This document shows, piece by piece, positions 40,526-53,467 of a DNA stretch of 64,000 nt. Each line of letters begins with the position of its first letter. The first letter of the stretch is position 1. The stretch lies in assembly GCA_965228735.1 (NCBI GenBank), contig OZ245838.1, positions 6,784,001 through 6,848,000 of the forward strand, in the 5' to 3' direction. A program made the position numbers and the translations under genes. This stretch comes from Planctomycetota bacterium (lineage in GTDB: Bacteria > Planctomycetota > UBA1135 > UBA2386). The notes below the pieces were generated by a model. The model searched no databases and was not told where the DNA came from. It was given only the letters and a program-made list of their open reading frames with translations.

Positions 40526-42688
40526 ATGATCGGCCCCTCGATCGGCGCGGCCCTCGGGCTCGCCGTCACGCTCGCTGCGCAGGCAGCGGCGACCCCGGTG
40601 GCGCAGTCGCCGGGCAAGTCGCGAGTCGACCCGCCGGCGCGGTTCGAACGCATCCTCTGGACCCGCGATGCCGCCGCGACCGGTGCGCGCGCGGTCGAAC
40701 TCGGCTTCACCGGCGTGCAGATCGGGCGCGGCGTCGACCCCGCGCCGGCCGCAGCCGCCGGGCTCGGGTTCTACCTCGATCAGCCGGTCGGCAAGGGGGT
40801 GCTCGAGCTGCGCGACCGCGAGTTCGTCCCGTTGCGTCAGGCCTACGAGAAGAGTCGCGACCCGGCCGTGCTCGTGCGGCCGGGCTGCTATGCGAAGGCG
40901 GAGTTCGTGGCCGATCTCGCCGCGCGGGCAGCCGCCGAGGCGCGGCGCGTCGCGGGAGCCGGCCTGCGCTTCGTCGCACTCGCCGACGAAGCCTCGGCGA
41001 CGCGGCACGACGCGCCGCTCGACACGTGCTGGTGCGGTGACTGTCTGCGGGCGTTCCGCAAGTTCGCGAAGCAGCGCTACCGCAGCATCGACGCGTTGAA
41101 CGCGGCGTTCGGCACCCAGTTCGAGCGCTTCGAAGACGTCGTGCCGCTCACGACCGATCAGGTGCGGCGACGCGAGCTCGGCGACGTCGATCTGCCGCTC
41201 GACCTGCGGCCGTTCACAGCGCGCCTCGACTTCGTCGACGGGCAGTTCGAACATCTCGTGCGCAGCGTGCAGAACGCGGTCGCGGCGGCCGTGCCCGGCG
41301 TGCCGGTCGGGCTCACGGGGCTCTCGGCGCCGAGCGCGTTCGGCGGCGGTGATCCCGCTCGCATCCTGCCGCTGCTCACGCTCGCCGAACCCTACGACGT
41401 CGGTTCGGCGCCGGCGCTCGCGGCGAGCTTCCTGCCGCCGGGGGCGCATCGCTATCGCACCGTGTTCCCGCCCGCCGAGGACACGCCGGCCGCGCGGGTG
41501 CCGGTGGAGTCGCTCGTGCGCGCGCAGCTCGCGGACATGGCCGCGCACGGCCTCGCGGGGCTGGTCGTCTGGAACGACGAAACGGTGCTCGCTGCCAGTG
41601 GCGGCGACGAGCCGGCCGCGACGACGCCGTTCGGCCGCGCGATCGTGGCCGGGCTCGGTCGGCTCGGGCCGGTGCTCGACGCGTGCGCGGGGGCGGAGAT
41701 CGCGACCGATCCGATCTGGATCGTCGAGTCGCAGCCGTCCGTGCGGTTGTGGTGGATGCTCGATTCGCAGCAGGACGGCATGAGCTGGCCGCGGCGCCTC
41801 GCGAGCTACGAACGCACCCACAGCACGAGTCAGGCTGCGCGCTCGGGCTGGCTCCTGCTGCTGCGCGATCTCGGGTTCCAGCCGCGCTTCGTGTCGGCCA
41901 CGCGCCTCGCCGCCGAACTGCCGGCGGGCCAGCCGCGGTGCGTCATCCTGCCGGCGACGATCGCGCTGTCGGATCGATCGATCCAGGCGCTCACGAGCTT
42001 CGTGCGGCTCGGCGGCACCGTGCTCGCGGATCATTCGCCGGCGCTCTACGACGAGGCGCTGCAGCGGCGTAAGGGCGGTGGACTCGACGCGCTGTTCGGA
42101 GTGCAGGAGCGGTCGTGGCGGTGGGACGATCTGCGCGTGCGGGAGGGCCGGGCGACCGTCGCCGCCGGCGGCGCCGCCGATCCGCTGCCGCGCGTGGCCC
42201 GCGGGCTGCGCGCCGGGCTCGCCGTTCGCAATCAGGACGGAGACGCGTTCGCCGAGGCGCGGCCAGGCCGGGGCCACGCGGTGTTGCTCAACGCGCCGGT
42301 GTGTGACTACGGCCGCATGCGGCTGTTGCCGGGCAAGGTCGCGTTCGCGCGCGAACTGCGCCGGCGGGTGCGTGCCGTGCTGCAGTCGGCGCGCTGCCGC
42401 GAGGCGTGCGACGTGCGTGGGCCGGGCCTGCCGACGTGTCTCGAACGGGTGCGGCTGCGCCTTCGCGACGGGCGCAACGTGCTCGCGATCCGGATGAATG
42501 CGCTCGCCGACCCGCCGCTCCTGCGCCGTCTCGCGCAGGACGGCCCGCGGTCGATTCGGCTGGCGCTGCCCGCGCCGCGTCGGCTGCGGCATCTCGCCGG
42601 GCCCGAGGTCGCCGCCGAGGCCGCAACCGAGTTCGACCTCCAACTCGACCCGTTCGGTGCACTGTTCCTCGAAGTGCTGCCGCGGTGA
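40526..42688 (+). CDS. GH42-like protein with a beta-galactosidase trimerisation-type domain
   Basis: CWCGDC..AFRKF.KQRY.SIDALNAAFGT.F..FEDV; FVRLGGTVLAD; signal peptide. Confidence 0.65.
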   Translation: MIGPSIGAALGLAVTLAAQAAATPVAQSPGKSRVDPPARFERILWTRDAAATGARAVELGFTGVQIGRGVDPAPAAAAGLGFYLDQPVGKGVLELRDREFVPLRQAYEKSRDPAVLVRPGCYAKAEFVADLAARAAAEARRVAGAGLRFVALADEASATRHDAPLDTCWCGDCLRAFRKFAKQRYRSIDALNAAFGTQFERFEDVVPLTTDQVRRRELGDVDLPLDLRPFTARLDFVDGQFEHLVRSVQNAVAAAVPGVPVGLTGLSAPSAFGGGDPARILPLLTLAEPYDVGSAPALAASFLPPGAHRYRTVFPPAEDTPAARVPVESLVRAQLADMAAHGLAGLVVWNDETVLAASGGDEPAATTPFGRAIVAGLGRLGPVLDACAGAEIATDPIWIVESQPSVRLWWMLDSQQDGMSWPRRLASYERTHSTSQAARSGWLLLLRDLGFQPRFVSATRLAAELPAGQPRCVILPATIALSDRSIQALTSFVRLGGTVLADHSPALYDEALQRRKGGGLDALFGVQERSWRWDDLRVREGRATVAAGGAADPLPRVARGLRAGLAVRNQDGDAFAEARPGRGHAVLLNAPVCDYGRMRLLPGKVAFARELRRRVRAVLQSARCREACDVRGPGLPTCLERVRLRLRDGRNVLAIRMNALADPPLLRRLAQDGPRSIRLALPAPRRLRHLAGPEVAAEAATEFDLQLDPFGALFLEVLPR

Positions 42689-42708
42689 GTGCATAGTCCG
42701 GTCCGGAC

Positions 42709-43428
42709 ATGCAGATCCAGTGTCGGAGCTGCGGCCGCGACATCGCGGCCGCGGACATCAGCCTCGAACGGCTCGTTGCCAAGTGTGCGCACTGTGACGC
42801 GGTGTTCGCGTTCTCGGTCCCCGCGGCGGACGGTGGGGGCGGGGCCGCGCGTGAGCGCAAGCGCGCCGCTCTGCCTCCGATCGCACAACCGCGCGACTTC
42901 GTCGTCGAAGAGCAGGGGCGCGACCTCGTCATCGTGAAGTCGTGGCGCAGCGGGTGCGCGATCGCCTTCATGATCTTCTTCGCGGCGACGTGGAGCGGGA
43001 TCACCTGGACCGGTTTCGTGATGATGTCGATGACGGATGCCGGGTTCTTCCGGTGGTTCCTCATCCCATTCCTGTTGATCGGTGTACTGATCGTCTACGG
43101 CGTGGTCACCTTGTTGGTGAACTCGACGACGATTCGCGCCGCGCAGGGCATGTTGTCCATTCGGCACGGTCCGCTGCCGATGCCCGGCAACGTCGACCTG
43201 CCGGTGCGGGACGTCCGACAGCTGTTCGTGCAGCGGCAGTTCTCGTCGTCGCGCAGTTCGAGCGGCCGGACGTCCGTGCACGAGCGATTCGTGCTGCAGG
43301 CGCGACTCGAGGACGGCGAGAAGCGCAAGCTGCTCGATTGCCGTGACATCGACGCCGCGCTCTGGCTCGAGCACGCGATCGAGCGGCATCTCGGCATCGT
43401 GGACCGCCCCGAGCGCGGCGAGGTCTGA
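42709..43428 (+). CDS. Zn-ribbon plus two-TM hypothetical protein
   Basis: CRSC...CAHC, two TM helices and a PH-like C-terminus. Confidence 0.7.
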   Translation: MQIQCRSCGRDIAAADISLERLVAKCAHCDAVFAFSVPAADGGGGAARERKRAALPPIAQPRDFVVEEQGRDLVIVKSWRSGCAIAFMIFFAATWSGITWTGFVMMSMTDAGFFRWFLIPFLLIGVLIVYGVVTLLVNSTTIRAAQGMLSIRHGPLPMPGNVDLPVRDVRQLFVQRQFSSSRSSSGRTSVHERFVLQARLEDGEKRKLLDCRDIDAALWLEHAIERHLGIVDRPERGEV

Positions 43429-43433
43429 GCGCG

Positions 43434-44246
43434 GTGGCCATGCAGACCGTTCTCGGAACTCCGATCACGCATCTCGCGCCGAGCGATGGACCAGCGTTCC
43501 TGATCTCGGATCTGCACGTGCCGCTCGGCGGCGGCAAAGTCCTCGCGTTCCTCGACGCGGCGCTCGCGGCGGCGCGGCGTGAGCGAGCGCGTCTGCTCGT
43601 GCTCGGCGATCTGTTCGACACCTACATCACGGCGCGGCAGACCGACGTCCTGATCTGGCGGGACGTCGCCGCGCGCTTTCGCGAGGCGCACGACGACGGC
43701 GTTCGCATCGACGTGCTCCCCGGCAATCGCGACTTCCTGCTCGGCCCCGAGTTCGTGGCGGCGAGCCGCGCGCAGCTGCATCCGGGCGGGCTGCGACTCC
43801 GACTCGGCGGTGTCGACACGCTGCTGCTGCACGGCGACGAGCTGTGCCAGAACGACCTGCCCTACCAGCGCGCGAAGAAGTGGCTCCGCAGCCGCTGGTT
43901 GCGCCTCGTCGCGCGCCGCCTGCCCGTCGGCCTCGCGCTGCGTGCCGCCGAACGCGCGCGGCAGAAGAGCGCCCAGGTGATCGCGAGCGGCGACCAGTCG
44001 CGTTTCCTGCCCACCAGAGCCGCGGTCGACGCGACGTTCCAGACCGGCGCCCGCCGGCTCGTCTTCGGCCACATCCACCGCCTCGCCACGGCGACCCTGC
44101 CAACCGGCCAGGAGACGTTCGTCCTGCCAGCCTTCGATGCAACCGCGACCGGCTACCGCGTGGACCGCAGCGGCATCACGCCCGTGCGATTCGAACCCGA
44201 GTCCGTTGTGACATCGGACGAGCCAGCGCCCCTGCCACTGCGGTAA
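43434..44246 (+). CDS. lpxH: UDP-2,3-diacylglucosamine diphosphatase (LpxH-like metallophosphoesterase)
   Basis: ISDLH, LGDLFD, GNRDFLLG, HGDELC..D..YQ and GHIHR. Confidence 0.8.
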   Translation: MAMQTVLGTPITHLAPSDGPAFLISDLHVPLGGGKVLAFLDAALAAARRERARLLVLGDLFDTYITARQTDVLIWRDVAARFREAHDDGVRIDVLPGNRDFLLGPEFVAASRAQLHPGGLRLRLGGVDTLLLHGDELCQNDLPYQRAKKWLRSRWLRLVARRLPVGLALRAAERARQKSAQVIASGDQSRFLPTRAAVDATFQTGARRLVFGHIHRLATATLPTGQETFVLPAFDATATGYRVDRSGITPVRFEPESVVTSDEPAPLPLR

Positions 44247-44273
44247 GGAAGGACGGGTCCGCACCGACCCAGG

Positions 44274-44400
44274 CCCGGCGTACGGGTACCCGGCGTACGG
44301 GTACCTGGTTCATGTCGCCAGCATGCGCGATGGCCAGTGGATGATCCTGGCAGCTTGAACCAGGTACCGTACGGCCGGGTTCGGTACCGCCATCTGTTCA
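44274..44400. repeat. Composite repeat: family A inverted arms plus a partial family B copy
   Basis: CGTACGGGTACCTGGTTCA (44294-44312) and TTGAACCAGGTACCGTACGGC (44355-44375, identical to 4771-4791), then CGGGTTCGGTACCGCCA (44376-44392); lies between convergent genes. Confidence 0.9.
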
Positions 44401-45942
44401 CAGGTCGACGCCTGTCATCGTCAGGACGAGGCGTTGGACGTCGGCGAGGGTGAAGGTGTCGGCGCGGACCTCGGCGCGGATCGTGTTGTCGTCGATCTCG
44501 AGTTCGGTCGCGTGCACCCGGGTCGCGAATGCGAGGGCCTGGGCGTCCTCGCGCAGTTGCCACGGCAGCAGTCGCTCGGCCGCGATCGTCGGGCGCAGTT
44601 CGTCGACGCGGGTGACGAAGTCCTCGGCGTCGATCTCGTCGCGGGCCGTGAGTTCGATCGCGAGGCGCATGCCACGGTCGTCGAAGTCGATTCGGATCTC
44701 GCCGCCGCGGATCGCGGGCAGGTCGAGTGCCCGCAGTAGGGGCCAGACCTTGGAGCGTTCGGGCAGCACGATACGAAGTGCCGTGGGCGGGCCCTGCAGC
44801 AGCTGCCTGGCGCGGTCCGGCCGCGGCTTGCCGGCGCTGCCGCCCTTCGTCGCCAGCAGACCGTCCTCGAAGAACTCGATCTCGGCGTTGAGCAGGCGCG
44901 GGCGTTTGAGCTGCTGCTTCCGCGTCGGTTCGCCGAGCGGTCGCCGCCGCGGTTCGAGCTCGCCCGCGGCCTGCCAGCTCACGATCGCGGGGAAGTCGGC
45001 GTCGTTCTGCGCGCGCACGATCACGCAGGAATGATCGAGGCGGATGTTGCCGAAGCGGTGTGCGAACGCGAACGGCAGCTCACCGATCTGGTCTGCCATC
45101 CACTGCGCGCCGTTGCGTTGCGCCGGCGTCACGGGGCCGCCCGCGCGGACCAGCAGGTAGGCGGTCTTGTGGGCTGCGAACTGGCGCCCCGTCCGCGTCA
45201 GCCACGACACGTCCGGCAGGCGGGCATGATCGACGAGGATCGCGGCATCGAAACCGAGCGGCAGCTTCAACGTCGCGGGGTCGAGCCGGCGCCGTGGCGG
45301 CGACCAGGCCTCGCCCCGCAGTCGCTTCGTCGCCCGTTCGGCGCGACGGCGCAGCGGCTCCGGAGCGTCGGCGCGCGCGAGCCCCATGCACTCCGCGACC
45401 GCGCCCTTCACCCCGCGCCGTTCGAGCAGGTCGATCGCGAGCATCAGGTCGAACGTGCGCGCGCGATCGAGGTCGTCGTCGAGGTCGAGGTCCGCGACCT
45501 CGCTGATGGCCTGGCCGAGCAGCTGCCGCAGCGCGATGTCACTCGTGTCGATGCCGAGCGCCTCGAAGTGGAACACGGCGTCCGTCATCCCGAGCAGGTC
45601 GCCATGGCCGTGGCACAGCATCGCGGCCGTCGCGACCGCGCCGGAGTGCCGGTCGTACTCGTGCTCGAAACCATCGCGCAGCAGCGGCACGTAGTTGTCG
45701 CGCCCCGGAATCAACATGCCGGCATCGGCGAAGAAGAACATCTCGAGCGCGCCGTTCTGGCCGCGCCGCCAGCGCGAGGCTTCGAACCGGCCGCCGGCCC
45801 GGATTCGCGCCGCGATCGCCTGGGGCGCCTCGACCGGCCCGGGTTCGTCCGGCGTGCCGGGGGGCGGGGAGTGCTGGGGCGGCGCGAACGGCGCGAGCGC
45901 GAGGGCGAACAGCGCGGTGCGGGCACGGGACATCGCCGCCAT
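44398..45942 (-). CDS. Hypothetical secreted protein
   Basis: N-terminal signal-like segment; codon bias; no recognisable family. Confidence 0.55.
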   Translation of the reverse strand: MAAMSRARTALFALALAPFAPPQHSPPPGTPDEPGPVEAPQAIAARIRAGGRFEASRWRRGQNGALEMFFFADAGMLIPGRDNYVPLLRDGFEHEYDRHSGAVATAAMLCHGHGDLLGMTDAVFHFEALGIDTSDIALRQLLGQAISEVADLDLDDDLDRARTFDLMLAIDLLERRGVKGAVAECMGLARADAPEPLRRRAERATKRLRGEAWSPPRRRLDPATLKLPLGFDAAILVDHARLPDVSWLTRTGRQFAAHKTAYLLVRAGGPVTPAQRNGAQWMADQIGELPFAFAHRFGNIRLDHSCVIVRAQNDADFPAIVSWQAAGELEPRRRPLGEPTRKQQLKRPRLLNAEIEFFEDGLLATKGGSAGKPRPDRARQLLQGPPTALRIVLPERSKVWPLLRALDLPAIRGGEIRIDFDDRGMRLAIELTARDEIDAEDFVTRVDELRPTIAAERLLPWQLREDAQALAFATRVHATELEIDDNTIRAEVRADTFTLADVQRLVLTMTGVDL

Positions 45943-45979
45943 CGTAGCGCCGGTCGCGGAGACCGGAACGACGCGCGGC

Positions 45980-47536
<1,557 letters not shown>

Positions 47537-47599
47537 GGGGGAGCTTCTTAGCGTGTCGCCTGCTCAAGGTCCTACGAAACACCGGACGATGACGTTCCC

Positions 47600-48721
47600 G
47601 TGGAGCGTTTCCCGGAGTCGCGATCGAAGGCCGCGCTGAGCCGGCGCAAGCGCTTCTGGTTCCGCTTCGCGCTGCTGCTGTTCGGGATCGGCGTCCCGCT
47701 CGCGGTCTTCGAGGTCGGCCTGCGGTTCATGGCGTTCCGCGCCGACGCCGCCGCGGCCGCCGCGTGGCAGGAGGTCGGGGTAGCCGTGCCCGAGGACGGC
47801 CGCGCCAGCCTCGTGCACATCATCCGCCCGTGCCCGAACGATCGGCTCGTCTACGAGCTGCGCCCGGACCTCGACGTGACCTACGAGGGCGCGCGCCTCA
47901 CGACCAACGCCGTCGGGCTGCGCAGTCCGGACGTCGCCACTGGCAAGCGGGCCGGCACCTTCCGCATCGTCGGCATCGGCGACTCGGGGATGTTCGGTTC
48001 GGGCGTGCGTGACGAGGACAACTTCCTCGCCGTCACGCAGCGTCGCCTCAACGCCGAACTGCGCGACGAACCGTTCGAGTTCGTGAACACCGGCGTCCCG
48101 GGCTACAACACGACGATGGAGGTCGAGACCCTCGTCGTGAAGGGCCTCGCGTACGAGCCGGATCTCGTGGTCGTCGACTTCTGCGGCAACGACCTCGACC
48201 TGCCCAACTTCATCTCCGCGGCCGAGGACTACTGGACCCTGTCGCGTTCGTTCGTCTTCGAGTGGGGCGCCCGCGTGATCAACGGCGTCGATCGCATCAC
48301 GCCGAACCCGTTGGTCGGCGCGCCGCATCATCGCGACCTGTTCCGCCGCGAGAACGACCCGGACCGCGTGCCGCCGCGCTACCGCGACATGGTCGGCATT
48401 CCGGCGTATCGGCGCGCGATGCGGCGCCTCGCCGCGCTCGCCAGGGAGCATGACTTCCCCGTCGTCGTCACGTGTCACACGCGCGCGCCCGACTACGTGC
48501 GGGAGATCTGCGACGAGCTCGGCTTCCCCGTGCTCGACGCCGCGCCGCGCGTCGAGGCCTACATGCGGGAGCACGGTATCGCGCGCTACCTCGGCTCCGA
48601 GCTCTCCGTGAGCGCGACGGATCCGCACGGTTCGGCGATCACGCACGGCCTCATGGCCGACATGCTGCTCGAGCACCTCAGGGCCGAACCGCGGGTGCGG
48701 GCGTTCTGCGAGCGTTTCTGA
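47600..48721 (+). CDS. SGNH/GDSL hydrolase family protein
   Basis: RIVGIGDS, NTGVPGY, GND and DPH motifs; N-terminal TM helix. Confidence 0.85.
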   Translation: MERFPESRSKAALSRRKRFWFRFALLLFGIGVPLAVFEVGLRFMAFRADAAAAAAWQEVGVAVPEDGRASLVHIIRPCPNDRLVYELRPDLDVTYEGARLTTNAVGLRSPDVATGKRAGTFRIVGIGDSGMFGSGVRDEDNFLAVTQRRLNAELRDEPFEFVNTGVPGYNTTMEVETLVVKGLAYEPDLVVVDFCGNDLDLPNFISAAEDYWTLSRSFVFEWGARVINGVDRITPNPLVGAPHHRDLFRRENDPDRVPPRYRDMVGIPAYRRAMRRLAALAREHDFPVVVTCHTRAPDYVREICDELGFPVLDAAPRVEAYMREHGIARYLGSELSVSATDPHGSAITHGLMADMLLEHLRAEPRVRAFCERF

Positions 48722-48782
48722 GCCCCGCGCCGGAACGAGCGGGAGCCCGGGGCGGCGTTCGGATAGATTGTCGGGCAGGAAG

Positions 48783-49745
48783 ATGGACCTGCCTCGACCC
48801 GAACTCGCCGAACTCGATGAGGAACTGCAGCGCGTCGCGGCCATGCGCCGGCGGCGCGAGCGCCTGCAGCGCGACGAGCACGCGATCCTCGCGAATCTCA
48901 GTGACGCCCGCGATCAGGAACGGGCCTGGGACGAGCGGGTGAAGAATGCGCGCGAGGACCTGCGAGCTCTCGAAGGGCTGAGTCTCACGAGCCTGCTGTC
49001 CCGGCTGACCGGCGACCGCGACGAGAAGATCGCGGAGGAGCAGCAGGAGCTCGTGCGGCACAAGCTGCGGCGCGACGAGGCCCGGGCTGCGCTCGCGCCG
49101 CTCGCGGCCGATCTCGAGCGGACGCGGGATCAGATCGCGCAGCTCGGCGATCTCGACCAACTGCGCCAGCGCCTGCTCGACCGCAAGGAGGAGCTGCTGC
49201 TCGACCGCGGCGGGGAGGCGGCGGAACGGCTCGTCACGACGGCCGAGGAGCTCGGCCGCATGATCGACGAGGAGGTCGAGGTGACCGAGGCGGAGTGCGC
49301 CGGGCTCGAGGTCGTTCGCGAGCTCGACGCGGCGCTCGAGCACCTCGGTTCGGCCCGCAGCTGGGGCACGTTCGACATGCTCGGCGGCGGCCTCATCGCG
49401 ACGATGTGCAAGCACGGCGGCATCGATCGGGCCCAGCCGCACATCGAGCGGGCCCAGCAGCATCTGCGGCGGTTCGAGCGCGAGCTGCGCGACGTCGACG
49501 GGGAGCAGAACGCGATCGCGCTCGACATCACCCAGTTCTTGCGGATGGCGGACTACTTCTTCGACGGCCTCATCGTCGACTGGATGGTCCAGTCGCGGAT
49601 CGTGAAGGCGATCGAACGGGCCGCGGAGACCCGGCGGACGGTCCGCCAGGTCGTGCTCGTCCTCGCCGAGCGCAGCAAGCACCTGACGACCGCGATCGAG
49701 ACGGCGCGGCGGGATCGGCGGCGCTGGCTCGAGGCGGTCGGGTGA
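48783..49745 (+). CDS. Coiled-coil hypothetical protein
   Basis: Long coiled coils, WGTFDMLGGGLIATMCKH and ADYFFDGLIVDWMVQSRI. Confidence 0.7.
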   Translation: MDLPRPELAELDEELQRVAAMRRRRERLQRDEHAILANLSDARDQERAWDERVKNAREDLRALEGLSLTSLLSRLTGDRDEKIAEEQQELVRHKLRRDEARAALAPLAADLERTRDQIAQLGDLDQLRQRLLDRKEELLLDRGGEAAERLVTTAEELGRMIDEEVEVTEAECAGLEVVRELDAALEHLGSARSWGTFDMLGGGLIATMCKHGGIDRAQPHIERAQQHLRRFERELRDVDGEQNAIALDITQFLRMADYFFDGLIVDWMVQSRIVKAIERAAETRRTVRQVVLVLAERSKHLTTAIETARRDRRRWLEAVG

Positions 49746-49961
49746 ATCGGCCGGGCGGTGGGGGTGGGGGCGCTCCGGGGCCCGGATTTTTGACATTCCC
49801 GGAGCCCGCGAGTGCGGCCGGCCGGTAAGCTCTTTGCCCCCTCACCGGCCCTCGGGGCCGGTTCCGGATTCCGGCAAGGTTCGACGTCCGGCAGCGATCT
49901 TTGCCAATGTGGATCGATTTTCCCCCGATAGCAACTCCGTGTCCATTCTGACGCATCCCTC

Positions 49962-51497
<1,536 letters not shown>

Positions 51498-51559
51498 TTA
51501 CTGACTCTCAGTCGTTTCTTCGCGTTTCCCGTTTCTCTCGAACAACCCCTTTTCATTGC

Positions 51560-53467
51560 ATGCACGGTAAGAACCTCATCAAGAAGTTCGCCATGGCGGA
51601 CGACGAGCTCTCGCGGCTCACGTCCGAGGCCTTCGGTGGCACCTCCCTGGCAGAACTCGACAACGCGATCGGCGAGACCGTCGCCGAACTCGCGCCCAAC
51701 AAGATCGTCCGCGGCAAGATCATCAAGGTGCAGGAAGACGGCACCGTGATCGTGGACGTCAACTACAAGGCCGAAGGCCACATCTCGATCGAAGAGTTCC
51801 CGGACCCGCTGGCCGTGCAGGCGGGCGAAGAGGTCGAGTGCCTCGTCGAGCAGATCGACGACGCGGAGGGCTTCATTGCGCTGAGCAAGCGCAAGGCCGA
51901 CCGCATCCGCGGCTGGGAGAACATCATCCAGACGCACAAGGAGGGCGACAACGTCAGCGGTCTCGTCCTGCGCAAGATCAAGGGCGGTCTGCTCGTCGAC
52001 ATCGGCGTGCCGGTCTTCCTCCCCGCGTCCCAGGTCAACATCCGCCGCGCCGGCGACATCGGCGACTGGATCGGCAAGGACATCGAGGCGCGCATCATCA
52101 AGATCGACGAGGAGCGGATGAACATCGTCATCTCGCGTCGCAAGCTCATCGAAGAGGAGCGCGAGGCGAAGAAGGCGGAACTCATGGCCGTTCTCGAAGA
52201 GGGTCAGGTCCGCACCGGCGTCGTCAAGAACATCGCCGACTTCGGCGTGTTCGTCGACCTCGGCGGCATCGACGGTCTGCTGCACATCACCGACATGTCG
52301 TGGGGCCGCGTGAACCATCCGTCCGAGATGGTCGGGCTCGACGACCAGGTCGAGGTCAAGGTGCTGAAGATCGACCGCGAGCGCGAGCGCATCGCCCTCG
52401 GCATGAAGCAGAAGTCCGCTTCGCCGTGGGAGAACATCGGCGAGAAGTACCCGGTCGGCCAGCGCGTCGCCGGCGAGGTCGTCAACCTCATGAGCTACGG
52501 CGCGTTCGTCAAGCTCGAGGACGGCGTCGAAGGCCTCGTGCACATCTCGGAGATGTCGTGGACCAAGCGCGTCAACCACCCGAGCGAGGTCGTCAAGATC
52601 GGCGATCGCGTCGAGGTCGTCGTGCTCGAGATCGACACCGAGAAGCAGACCATCTCGCTCGGTATGAAGCAGACGGAGGTCAACCCGTGGGACCTCGTGG
52701 CCGGCCACTACCCGCCGGGCACCGTCATCCGTGGCAAGGTGCGCAACCTGACCAACTACGGCGCGTTCATCGAGCTGCAGGAAGGCATCGACGGTCTGCT
52801 GCACATCACCGACATGTCCTGGACCCGCAAGATCACGAACCCGTCCGAGGTCGTGAAGAAGGGCGAGGAGATCGAGTGTGTGGTGCTGTCGGTCGACCAG
52901 GAGAAGAAGCGCATCGCGCTCGGTCTCAAGCAGCTGCAGGCCGACCCGTGGAGCGGCGACATCCCGGCGCGCTACCACATCGGCGACTCGGTGCCCGGCA
53001 CGGTCACCAAGATCACCAACTTCGGTGTGTTCGTGGAGCTGGAGCAGGGCCTCGAGGGTCTGCTGCACATCAGCGAGCTCGCCGACCACAAGGTCGACAA
53101 CCCCGAAGAGGTGGTCAAGGTCGGTCAGCGCGTCGAGGTTCGCATCATCAAGATCGACACCGACGAGCGGAAGATCGGCCTGACGCTGATCCAGGCGCAC
53201 TTCGACGAGAGCGAAGAGGCGGCGCAGGCCGCGGCGCAGACGCAGCCCGAGCCGGAGCGCGCTCCGGCCCTCGGTTCCCTCGCGAGCCAGCTCAAGGGCA
53301 TCGGCCTGCGAGGCAACGAGAACGAGGCTGGTGCGGCGCCAGCCCAGCCCGAAGAAGCCCAGCCCGAAGCTGCGGCAGAGCCGACGCCGGAGGCCGCTCC
53401 CGAGGCGCCGGCCGAGGCGGGCAACGAAGGCGGCGACGCGTCGTCCGAGGAGCCGAAGGCCGAGTGA
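51560..53467 (+). CDS. rpsA: 30S ribosomal protein S1
   Basis: Six S1 repeats (FGVFVDLGGIDGLLHITDMSW and similar). Confidence 0.97.
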   Translation: MHGKNLIKKFAMADDELSRLTSEAFGGTSLAELDNAIGETVAELAPNKIVRGKIIKVQEDGTVIVDVNYKAEGHISIEEFPDPLAVQAGEEVECLVEQIDDAEGFIALSKRKADRIRGWENIIQTHKEGDNVSGLVLRKIKGGLLVDIGVPVFLPASQVNIRRAGDIGDWIGKDIEARIIKIDEERMNIVISRRKLIEEEREAKKAELMAVLEEGQVRTGVVKNIADFGVFVDLGGIDGLLHITDMSWGRVNHPSEMVGLDDQVEVKVLKIDRERERIALGMKQKSASPWENIGEKYPVGQRVAGEVVNLMSYGAFVKLEDGVEGLVHISEMSWTKRVNHPSEVVKIGDRVEVVVLEIDTEKQTISLGMKQTEVNPWDLVAGHYPPGTVIRGKVRNLTNYGAFIELQEGIDGLLHITDMSWTRKITNPSEVVKKGEEIECVVLSVDQEKKRIALGLKQLQADPWSGDIPARYHIGDSVPGTVTKITNFGVFVELEQGLEGLLHISELADHKVDNPEEVVKVGQRVEVRIIKIDTDERKIGLTLIQAHFDESEEAAQAAAQTQPEPERAPALGSLASQLKGIGLRGNENEAGAAPAQPEEAQPEAAAEPTPEAAPEAPAEAGNEGGDASSEEPKAE

